In this document: positions 35,122 to 46,570 of the stretch, piece after piece | How positions within the stretch are numbered: the first letter of the stretch is position 1 | Layout of the letters: every line of letters begins with the position of its first letter | NCBI RefSeq assembly: GCF_018977255.1 | Contig: NW_024704743.1 | Coordinates: forward strand, 100,318,001-100,382,000 | DNA from: Callorhinchus milii | Lineage: Eukaryota | Reading direction: 5' to 3' | DNA length: 64,000 nt | Notes under the pieces: model-generated | Databases searched by the model: none | Told to the model about the DNA's origin: nothing | Seen by the model: the letters and a program-made list of their open reading frames with translations, nothing else | Made by a program: the position numbers and the translations under genes

Positions 35122-37124
35122 CTGGCAGGGTGGAAGGTTGGGAAAAGATGAGACTTTACACTAAGCAAGTTATTTCTTAGCTTCGGTTGAATCCAGCCCC
35201 AGTTTGAATGCCAACCATTCACTCATTGGGACTTCCTCCCATAGTATGAGAGTGGGTGGGCAGCTGTAAGACTGATTGTATGCACAGTGGAGCCCTGTTA
35301 TAATGAACATCTTTATCGTGGGAACTCGGTTATAACACAGTTTCAGTGTGGAACCCAATCACTATGCATGTGCACAGCTCACAGAATTGCTTACCACATG
35401 CCAGCCAGTTTATGCACTAAAATGGCCAACCTCATCACTGACTTCTGGGTTTCCATTGACAATCATCATCTTGTGATGTGCATGCATAGTGCGCAGTAAA
35501 TGACTTCTGCAGACACCTGATGACCCAGACGTCGCCTATTTTAGTTTCCAGGTCGATAGGTCTGTCAGCATGTCAACATCACTTCCTGCTTTGCTCAAGC
35601 CGAAAGTGATATCAGCACTAAGTTCCGGTCATCAAGTATCGCTGACTGGAACATCAGCACAAAGTGGCTTTGGGGCACAAGCTCTGTTGAGCTGCCATTG
35701 AGAGATGAGGGAAGAGCACACGTAGAGAAACCAGAGTGATGCCGTGGCTGGCTTCTGTTATGGACTGTCATATTGAATATTGACAATATGTGGCTCAAAC
35801 TAGGAATGAAATTAGAATAGGTTAGCTGCTCATATGAAATCACAAAGGACTGCAGGTGCTACAGATTATGCTGCCACATGACTTCATCAAGCGCTGCAGC
35901 TATGGCTCAGTATCACTAAGCACGCCTGTCTTTTATTGCTCAGGATTTTCTTTCAGATTGGTGATCATAATGGAAAACTTTCCAATAACAGGAACGTGCT
36001 CCAAGAGAAACCGAAACATAAAGACACAAACATCACCTACTTAATCAGCCTACTCTCAGTGCAACTGTGTTAAAAACAGCAACAATAATATGACAATGAC
36101 CACAAGTGAAATTAAGAAAACAGCTCAAGAGTTTGAGACATCCTTCCAAAGTGAAAGGCGCAATATCAAATGCAAGGATTACTTCTACGAAATCAAGACA
36201 AGGAATGAGTTAAAAAAAAAAAAATTATGTGTTGGAAACTCTTTACTTCAAATATTTAAAGCTTCAGAAATTATGATTTAAAACAATCTCTGTGTTTGCC
36301 ATTACTGTGAAAAACATCTCACGTTCAGCTTAAATATTCGCTTACAAACACTCAGTCACTAAACTTTACAGTAAAACCTGTGAAGCACTTCAGACATCTT
36401 TCTGACGTGAAAGGCACAATATTAAATCCAAGGATTATTATTAGGGACAAATTATTGTGAAAATCCAGTATAATATGATAATATAATGGATTGCAGGGGA
36501 TATGTGATTATCAGCAGCGATGTCACATACCGCACATTTTCTCCCAGTGATCTGTTTCTAAATGTTTTCCATTTACGTTATTATATCTGTGAAGAGACTC
36601 GTAAGAATTCCAAGAGGTTTGGTGACAAAGTCAGTGATTGATGTTAACGTTGTACGAAAAATACCAAAAGAAGTCTAAACCTCGATCTCACTGACAGAAG
36701 AGTGATCTGATGAAACGTTAACTGTCTCACTTGTATTAAATAATTTATTGATTTTCCATTCACAGAAAATTTAAGTTTTTTGATAATTATTGATCAATTA
36801 CAAGAGAGTAATACAACCAAGGGTGCTGAGATCATTGCCACAAACCAGGAGAGTGTTTATCATCTAAATCTTAGCTGAGATTGGATTTCTGCATCATGTC
36901 CAGTTTTAGCTGCAGGAAGCAAGTTGTTATTGTATCTCCGCAGTAAGTATTTTAGCGTGGATGTCTAAAAATGCTATGCACAAGGCTCGACTGTACAGTT
37001 GTGCAAATGGTTCTATAATAACATTACAATGGTTCTAGAGAGTTGTTTACTCATTCTGACTGAACTTAGCTCAGTTTGATTGTCTCATACTGTGCTAAAT
37101 TTCGCAAGCAATCCCTTCAAAATA

Positions 37125-37490
37125 ATGGTAATTCTTACGTTCGGTATCATGCCTTTCGCGTCAGGAGGACCTCTCAAAGCACTTCACTGAATTTCTTGTA
37201 AGGATTTATTATAAACTGACTGTATTTTGTAAGTGAATGTGGCAGCCAATGTGTGCACAGCAATGTCCCACAAGCAGCTATGAAATTAATGATCTGGGGG
37301 ATTGTTAGCCAGAACACTAAGAGAAATTCCCTTTCCTTTTTGAATAATGCCACTTGAATAGGGAGAGATGGGATCTGAGTTTAACATCTCATCCAAAATA
37401 TGGCACCTCCAACAATACAGTGCTCCCCTTAGCACTACACTGAAGTGACAGCCTAGCCAAGTTAACTTCCAAATGGGGCTTAAACCCTCA
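37125..37490 (-). mobile_element. Old Deu-type SINE, reverse orientation
   Basis: Reverse complement of the core and tail (ggcagccaat..gcacagcaatgtcccaca; tttaacatctcatccaaaa..ggcacctcc). Similar reverse copy at about 22525-22790. Confidence 0.7.
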
Positions 37491-38384
37491 ATCATTTTTC
37501 AATGACCCTGTCTGGAAAGTGAATGTGTGTCGATGGACTAGAATCAGACAAGCTGTGAAGTGCTGTCAGAAGAAATAACACGCTGCTGCTTACTGCTTAC
37601 TCTCCCTTTTAAAGCCATAAATGACTTTTGAGCTGTATTACCAGATCTTCTTAGATAGGGTTTAGTAAAAACATTTGCCACTACAGTGCATGACTCAGTA
37701 GCTCAGGGCACCACGGATACATTAGAATTTAGGAACAGAAGAAGGATATTCAGCTCATTGAACCTATTCTGCCGCACACTATTCCATGGAGCTGCATACA
37801 ACCACCTAGCTGAATCTCACTTCCCTACCTTTTGCCATATCTTTTAATGTTTGTTTCATGGAAAGCATATAACGAAAGTATAGTATCCAATTCTCAACAA
37901 GGAAACTACAGGATTTGGGGATTGAACTCAGTACTATCATTGGGAGACATTTCTCCAAGTATGAATCTATCAGGAATAAACTAACATTCTTCAAAAAATA
38001 TTATGCTGGATAACCCAAGGCCAAATTAAACCAAAATGCTCCAAAATTGATCAACAGGAAAATTAAAAGGGAGATTAAAAAAAGGTCAAGAAATAAACTA
38101 AAGGAACCTAGCGAGAACTGGAAAGGGATCTAACAGTAATACAAAATATAATGTCTAAAAATACTTTTGATATTATGACAGTAAGAGGGTATAACCAGAA
38201 TAATTGACTATTCAGTGCAGACTGCAAAATCTTTGTGCGTTTCTCTATTTATTCCCTTCTTTCCTTTGGCAGTGAAAACCCAAATGGCTCTTAAACCTAA
38301 TTTAAACTTTACATAAATGGAACTGATAAAGATACAGCAAAACCACTTTAGAAAGTGTTTCTGGAATTTCTAGTCTTTGGCAAA

Positions 38385-38695
38385 TTAGCATGGCTCAGCT
38401 GGTAGCATTCTGGCCTCTTAATCAGCAGTTTGTGGGTTCAAACCCCATGTTGGGACTTTGGCTTGCCTGCCTGTTCAAGTGGATATTAAAGATCCCATGG
38501 TCCTACGCACAACGAGCTTGTCCTGGTCAACAGTGCCCCAGATTGTCATTCACTTCAGAGCTGTTTGTGGAAGATTCACTGTTATGTTCATCTGCAAATA
38601 CATTGTTACATTACTTTACAGTACATTCCATGAAGCGCTTTGAGATGCTTCAATGACGTGATAGGGACTAATTCCAAATGCAAGGATTATTATTT
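38385..38695 (+). mobile_element. Old Deu-type SINE
   Basis: tggctcagctggtagc..gtgggttcaaacccc head, cctgttcaagtggatattaaagatcccatgg core and aaatgcaaggattattatt tail. Confidence 0.72.
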
Positions 38696-39984
38696 CAGAT
38701 TTGCAGGTAATTTGTTCTAAAAAATATTCAAAGTACCTGATATTAATTGGAGGTGAATAACTAACAGCTACTAAAATTACAAGATAATTTTCCTCTGAAT
38801 ATTATGGTTGAGGATGGAAACTGCATTAATCATACTTATGACAGTGTGAAAACTAGGCGCAGTTGGATGACTCAACTGTCGTGGGATAAAGAAAATTGAA
38901 CAGATGTAGGAGGCAATAGAGAAACCATATTGCAGTCACTGCTGAGACTTAGAAATTCACATGTGGCTCATTTGATATCAGTTTCTTCTCTGCATTTGTT
39001 TTATTTTTATTCCTTCATCTATCTGATCTTATAATTGTCATTGCTTTTAAAGTTGCTCTCTGACTCCATTACCCAATCTCTTAAGTGCTGCCACATCATC
39101 AGTTAGTTAGGTCAGATGTAAGACCACTATATTGTTTTCAGTTTTGAACAAGCTTTGCAAGTCAGTCCATCAGTGAGCCTCCCGAATCATTTTCCCTCCA
39201 GACAATTTGCCCTCTTATATACCGTACTGGCATGTTCTGCTTCACTGGCTTTCCTCTACCTCTTTGTTTTCATTGTGAATACTCCCCCATTCTCCGGAGT
39301 ATTTTTATGCCTACAGACACAACAGCTCACTAATTTTAATGGGCATCACTAATTTTAATGTTATCATTTTTCAAAGAAAACTGAAGGCATTAAACTAAGA
39401 TATCTCCCTGATGACCTGGTGGGTGAAGGTACTACCATCTGGTGCAGTACAAGGTCATACGTATTGTGTTGTGTCAGCAACTCTCACCTGGGGTGGCAGC
39501 TGACACCCTGCAATTGGACTTGGCATCCCTGTTTTCAGAAGTGAGAGTTCCTATTCTTGTTCACTCTCTATATTGGGTGCAGGATTCTTCTCATTTGCCT
39601 CCTGTTAACTCTCTAAGCCAAAGCCCCAATGGGTAGGGTGGTCCTAGCTCGACAAACAGTGGGAGAGCTTGCCATATCATGCACTCAATGGCAAGCTGTG
39701 TAGTGTTAGCTGGTTAAACTCCAGCAGGAGGCCAATGCACACTCTTGCCAACCTGTGCCTAGTACTCTCTGGAATTATGCAAACAGGGTGCGTACGTCCA
39801 AAGATTGAATACCAACTCCAGTCACAGAGAAATTTAGATGTGTAGGTGCTCTATATGGAACTCTGTCTGGCTTGGATACTCCTAGGCATGGTGGTGAGTA
39901 TCCACATGTGTCAAACCAAATAAAATCACTCTCCAGAGACCCCTGTTGGAAGGTGCATGTTTGAGGATGTCAGCTGAACACTAT

Positions 39985-40250
39985 TGCCCCCAACTCCATC
40001 TCACATTCCCACATTTGGAACTCCATCCCACATTTCCTTTGCCCGCTCCCTCACTTGCTTCCTTCAAGGCACATCTTAAGACCCTCCTCATCGTCCTTGC
40101 CTTTGTCCACTCTCCTACCCTCCCTGCCCTCCACCCTCACTGATCCCAAGCCCCCTTCACCCCCCTATGCAGGTCCAAATCCCGACAATCCAGCACCTTG
40201 GGACATCCTCCCGACGTGAAAGGCGCTATACTAATGTAATTTAGTATTGT
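39985..40250 (+). mobile_element. L2 LINE 3' fragment
   Basis: ccttcaaggcacatcttaagaccctcctc...ccagcaccttgggacatcctcccgacgtgaaaggcgctatactaatgtaat. Confidence 0.8.
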
Positions 40251-42344
40251 ATTCTATTGGCTATCATAGTGATTTACCTCAAGGTTCACATATAAAGAAT
40301 TGTTGCTTGGGCTGAGGTTGCAGAGAGTGCCTAGCATCTGTGGAATAGCAACCACAGTAGTAGGGAAAAACAATAGAAAGGGAAGGGAGAATGTTTGGCA
40401 GAAAAATGGAGGAAAACTATCAGAAAATATAATTTTATGTGTGTAAAAAAAATCCAAAACAGAAATCTACCCACATCATCTTCATGTTAAAAATAGCTAC
40501 ATCTCAACAACCTGTCAGCATTGTTAAAGCATTATGGTGTTGGTACTAACTGAGAATATGCTACATCCTTGTGATTTTTTGAAGAAGATATAACAGAAGG
40601 CTTACTAAATGCAAACATGTACAACTGTAAAAATAGAGGGCTACAAATCAATTGTGGCTAGATACATTTTCAATGGGTTCAGAGAATCCAGTTCCTTTTG
40701 TTCTGTTTCTCCACACCCAAAGCTGCTGTTGGGGCTTAACTCCATGGACACCTGGAGTTCTCCTATACTTGAGCAACTGATCTCACCGTTCACATGTGAG
40801 CCATGATAGTGAGTGTCACCAAGTTATTTAACTGTGTGTATGTTGGCGAAGAAGGAGAAAGGAAAAGGGAAATCCCAGGCAATTCTGATTCTGGCCAGGT
40901 CTGCTGCACTTTGGATTGGGAGTTAGTGGCCATTTGTAGCTGTTTGTTTTCCTCTCACCATCCCAGTGGCATAAAGATCAAACACATTGACTGTCCAATT
41001 CTCCTGACTGTGATCAGCTGACAAAGCTCAGATATAAGATCAAACCTGGCATCTTTCCAGGGTGAAATAACCTGCCAGGAAGTACATTTATCCACTTAGC
41101 AAACAGGGGGCTCCTTGAGTATACTTGAAGAGCATAAGGCAGTCAATTACAATGTTGCCTATAACCTCAGATTTGTGAAACTTCTTTAAACTTATTTTCT
41201 ATTTAAATAATATTCTGTGGTTTTACCTGAAAACAAAATATCTACTCACTTGAGGAAATCGATCCTTCTCATGTCACTCAGTAGTCATTGTGACATAAGG
41301 AAATGTGTGTTATTGATCACATTATGACAAGTTCAAGTTAAGGGTCGTTTGACTGTTGTGATGCAATTATATCCTATTTAAATTGCACGGTTATTCATTG
41401 TATATTATATAAGTTTTGTTAATCATCTAAATTGCAGCTTATAAGGAAGGTGTCAACTTTTATCAGTTGGTGACATTCTTTCTTTTGGATCATAAAGTCA
41501 TGGGTCCAGTTTGGGGCTTAATGAGCCATTTATCTAGTGCTTGGTTGTAGGACCTTGCTGTGTGAAAAATAACTGATGTTTTTGTAGCCTATAAAAGTGG
41601 CCACAGTACTTAACACCAGTTACTGTCAAGTTCTCTGCAATGTTTTTTTAATCGTGGTAAGTAAGGTGTAAAAATATAAGGAGTTCTTTTTTCAATTTTC
41701 TTCATGTGTCAGCCTGGTTCTGTTGGTAGCACTCTTGCCTCTGAGTCAAAAGGTTGTCAGTTCAAATCCCACATTGGGTATTTCGAGTTTTTCTTGGAAG
41801 GGGGTGGCAGAGAAGAGTGGGGAGGGATTGGATTAGACTCAAATACTAGGTTGACTGCTGTTTAATCATATTGTACCTGTCTTCACTTTTATACAGAAAC
41901 CAGTACCAATGGGAATGTCCAGTCAATCCCTCTTAAGTAGGTAAATTAACATTTTATAATTAATGGTGGATAAGTGAGTCAGCAGTGCTTGGACTGACAT
42001 TCTATTCATGCTCTTATGTGAATGGGTACAAAGAGAGTTAAAGATAAACTTTTCTTGAAAGTTAAATATAAGTCATAAAGATTAGGGTGATATGTTAGGT
42101 AGTGACGTCTTCGCATTACAGAAATTCTGACGTCTTTTGGAAGCAGCTAAGGATCATTGATTCTGTTCCTGTTGTCATGGCTGTGACGTAATTGGTAAGT
42201 TTAGGCATCCTTATCATTGGTGGCAGTGTGGTTGCTAGGAGAATATTTGTAGCATATTATGCAAAATAGAGAGCTGTTCGATTTCCAATAGGGAACATGT
42301 CTTTTACACCATCTTCCTCTATATACTGCAATGAATATGTACCA

Positions 42345-42880
42345 GGTATCAGCCTGGCTTAGTCAATAGTAGTCTTGCCTCTGAATTATAATAATAATAA
42401 TCCTTGCATTTGATATAACACCTTATTATGTCTTCGAGATGTCTCAAAGCCCTTCACAGAATATATGTATCAGAAGTTTATGGGTTCAAGCCCCATGGCT
42501 TTAAGCTCATGGTCTAGGCTGATATGCCAGTGACATGTTGGGAGAAGCACTACATTGTTGGAGGTGCTGTCCTACAGGTGAAACATCAAACCAACTCTGC
42601 CTGTTGAGTTGGACTTTAAAGATTCTATGCCACTATCTGAATAGAGAAAGGAGTTTCTCCTGGTGTCTTGACCAATGATCATTCACTTCATAGTTGTGTG
42701 TGGGACACTGTTGTGCGCAAATTTGGTACTACACATTACAGTATGTGTACAGTACACACATACTGTAATGTGCAGTGACTCAAATACCGTCACAACTGAT
42801 AAGAATAAATCCTGTGAAACACTTTGAGGCATCCTCCTGAGTGTGAAAGGTGCTATATCAAATACAAGCATTATTTATTA
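42345..42880 (+). mobile_element. Old Deu-type SINE with an inverted SINE tail inserted at about 42390-42465
   Basis: Same head, core and tail order as the 58453 copy. Ends in gtgaaaggtgctatatcaaatacaagcattatt. Confidence 0.75.
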
Positions 42881-43358
42881 TAATAATCCTTGCATTTGTA
42901 ACTGACTCTAAGCAAATTTTAAATATATAATAATTAATAATAATGTATATCATATAAGATAGGGTCCTATGATGAGAACTTACCAAAATGTTTTATGGTA
43001 CAGATCTAACAAGAATAACAGTTTGCTTTTTTACAATGCCTTTCACATAGGATAATGTCTCAAAGTGCTTTACAGAGACATTGTAGGACAATTAGGGGGT
43101 GGATGGAGGAGGTGTTGGAAGGAAGTGATCCACATTATCAAACAATTTGACAAATTAAAAAGATGTGCAAAAATATAACCAAAACTTCATCAATTATATA
43201 TTACACTAAAACATAGGAATCAGAAAATCATACTGTTTCTTCAGACTGAATGTGTCAATTAAGAATCCCTCCCACCCTCTCCCCCCACTCCCCCATTACC
43301 TGATGGTCTCAATGTAATGTTTTTGTTTGCTGCTAAAGTTGATATAGATGCTGCTTAC

Positions 43359-43573
43359 TTGAGCGTGCTAAGCTCCGTTAGGGATGGCTGAGTAGCCTTA
43401 AGATAGCTCTCACGACGTGCTGCAATCTTTGGAGAGGGTTTTGGGCTGGTGTCCGAATCCCCACTGTCGTCATCCCCCATTGCTTTAATGTAGCTGCCAC
43501 TGCGCATTCGGCGACAGGGAATCTCATCATCTTTGCCTCGAGGGGCGTAACCTCCCCAGTCGTCTTGTGGAAC
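43359..43573 (-). CDS. DLGAP1: DLGAP1 coding exon, 215 nt, GK-binding repeats 1-2
   Basis: Manual translation VPQDDWGGYAPRGKDDEIPCRRMRSGSYIKAMGDDDSGDSDTSPKPSPKIAARRESYLKATQPSLTELSTL(K). Acceptor ttttatcag|GTT, donor AA|gtaagc, phase 0 to 2. The ORF track shows only a wrong-frame ORF here. Confidence 0.96.
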
Positions 43574-46069
43574 CTGATAAAATGCAACAGAATATTCTGA
43601 TGTATCATTTTTTGGGGGCTAGCGTCTACAAAATACTGAACAATTGGAGCGATAATTGACCATATAAATCACGTTGATGAAATAATTATTCATAAAATGG
43701 ATGAATCAGTCTTTAAAAGTATGAGTAGGCTTTGGCCTATTCAAATTGTAACTTATATTGTAACAGAGGTGCTTATCAATGCTGCTGGCTGAAATAATCA
43801 CTCTTCGCTTACAGTTTTGACAGTGATTTAATAAGGTAATAATGGTGGATCAGTGGTACGCCCAGGCAATAAATCATTTCACAGCACCCACAGGCTTATT
43901 TCCACTTTGCTTTGGGGATTCCTATGCATTTAGAGAATTCACCTTTTCAGAAATGTAGCTTTCACAACTACACAGTTTCCTTGGCATGTAACTCACGTAA
44001 TTCTTATCGGTATTGGACAGCAAAACCTGTGAAAACAGAGTTCTCTTTTTTTCATACAGTTCCTAATTGTATTTCCCCCCTCCTCTCCACGAGCACTGAT
44101 TCATGCTGAGCTATAGATACACAGTTGCTGGTGGCCCTGTGGTGCCAATGATTCATCTGTAAGCCACTGTTATTCAATAATTGCATGGAAACCGTTGAGC
44201 AATGAGCAAATCACAGTGCTCCGGGACGCTACATGCGTGAAGGGCACTATATAAATGCAAGTTGTTGCTCTTGTGTTGTTGACTTTGTATCTCTGCTCAC
44301 TTGTTGCTTAAATGTGGTGCATTTAACAACTGGGGACATTGATAGCGATCAGCAGCAGGAAGACGATAAGAGAAACAGAAAGCTGAGCCACATTGCCAAA
44401 TCAATTGAGTTCAGAACACCAGACATCATAATGTACTGTATGCTGTACAGGACAGGCAATTACTGTCTGCCATATTCTGGGTCTGGCCTGACCCTCATAG
44501 CATATAGTACAACAACATAAGGGGGCGCCCCAGACCTCAGAAGAAATGCAGAGGAGAGCAACAAGGATGATCCCCAATGAGCCATGAGTAATGATTTGAC
44601 AAGCTAGGGCTCTTCTGTCTTGAAAGTAGATATCTCAGAGAGAATCTCATATAAAATTTGAAGTGGGATTTTAAAACTAAACCCAGAGCAATACTTAGAC
44701 AAGAACATTACCTTAAAATTTAAGGTTTCGCATAATTTTGGAAAATTCCTGCAGTAATCTGCACAATCTTAAAATAAATGCCTTAATTCACTTTTAATTT
44801 AGAAGCCAGTAAACTGCAAGACACAACAAGAACTGTGATAAATCAGCTATGAAAATGTATTATTGCTTAGTTTAAGAATTTTTCAAAATTCTCTCTGATT
44901 TTAAACAATAGGCAATGGTTTTAAGACTTAGACCATAAGACAGTTAAGGACCCAGAAAAGTTCCAGTTCTGAGGCTTGCTCAACTGTTTTCCTGGTCTAT
45001 GTGTCACAGTATCTCACCAATAATTGGGATAACATTCTACCTGGGTCTAGATTAACCTTATTTGTGTAGCATTTCAGAGGGTCCAGAATTTGGCAAAGTG
45101 TAGAACTAAGTCTTAACTTTGAAGCCCAGTCTTCCGTAGTTCTTAAAAGAAAGTTTTAAAAACCTGCCTGCACAATCAAGACTGTAGTTAAGAATTTGCT
45201 AAATTCTGGATACTGTGAATTAATAGAGTAAATCTAGACCTATGTAGAATTTTACCTTTAGTTTGTTTACCTTCTGATGAGTTAGAGCCTCACTTCCTAA
45301 AATATTTAAGAAAAAGAGAGGTTTCAGAAGTGACAGATGGATTGATATTTGCATATATACTTGATAGAAGTACCTATCTGTTCCTGAGAAAAATGGAAAA
45401 AGTGTAATTTAATCACCAGTTAATATTGATAAAAATGCAATATATTTCCGAAAGCTAATCTCTAACACATTTATTAGGATAAAGAGAAACAGAGATTTAC
45501 TCACCTGCTAAGGGCTAATAAATATGCCACAACTATGACCCACATATATTCTGCTCCGAAATCCAAGCAAAATGCCTTAATATCATCTGCTAGGGAAACA
45601 TTTGTGCTGAATGCTTTCTATATTTCAGTTTATCCATTAACATCAAGGCTACACCTGAATGCAATGTTTCTTTCCCCAAAGTGCGTATGATTAGGCCTCA
45701 ATTTCACTCCGTGGTTAATAAGTCAAGCTGCTTTAAAAATAAGAGTAAAATAAATTGGATGTCTTACAATAGAATTGAACAGCAATAAAACAGAGGGCAA
45801 TGAGGATATAATACACAATATATTGCACTGCCACCTTGCATTACATTTCAAAGGTGCATGGGGATTTTTTTAAATCTCAAGACAACCAATCTTATAACAC
45901 ATCTGATCACAGATTACCCCATAATTTAAATGAATCACGGGAAAAGTTGACAGTATTAATACAAGAGCAAGCTGTTAGCTTTGCCTTTCAACTCCATTGA
46001 TCCAATGGCCCCATCCACATTATTTGTTTCCTTCTTTCCAATGCAGTGATTCATTCTGGGATATCCAGA

Positions 46070-46570
46070 AGTTACATTCAAGCTGTTCTGTGTTCTGGTC
46101 AGGCTGCACCTTGAGTACGTGTACATAAGGGGATGCCCAAGCCTTAAAGATAGTGCAGAGAAGAAGAATGAGGATGATTCCCAATGTTACATGAATGAGC
46201 TATGAGCAACCATTAAGACAAACCAGAGCTCTTTAGTTTTGAAAGAAGATATCTCAGAGGCGACCTTATAGCGGTATACACACTTTGAAATAGGATTGAC
46301 AAAATAAACAGAACAATACTTATGGATGTGCTAAGGCAGTAGAATAAGAAGACACAGGTATAGGGTTGCAAAAGGCAATTTCAGAACAGACACCAGGAAT
46401 TTTTTTTTTACGCAGAGAATAATTAATGACAAACAAGTTATCAGAAAGGATGGTTGAGGCCAGGTACTGGACTCATTTAAAAATAGTTTGGTTCTGTGTT
46501 GGGAGGGTTGGTATTCTGGAAGGATGAGAAGGACAAAGGGCTTTCTTCATCCAAACAAATCTTGTTCTTT
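46070..46570 (+). mobile_element. CR1-clade LINE 3' fragment, degenerate
   Basis: Decayed coding for LVRxHLEY, VQRRxxRMIP, LFSxExRxLRGDLIAVY and NFRTDTRxFFFTQRII, typical of the CR1 ORF2 C-terminus. A related piece lies at about 44480-44700. Confidence 0.8.

Noticed and set aside
43378..43608. 76-aa minus-strand ORF in the track
   Set aside because: Wrong reading frame of the real 215-nt DLGAP1 exon.
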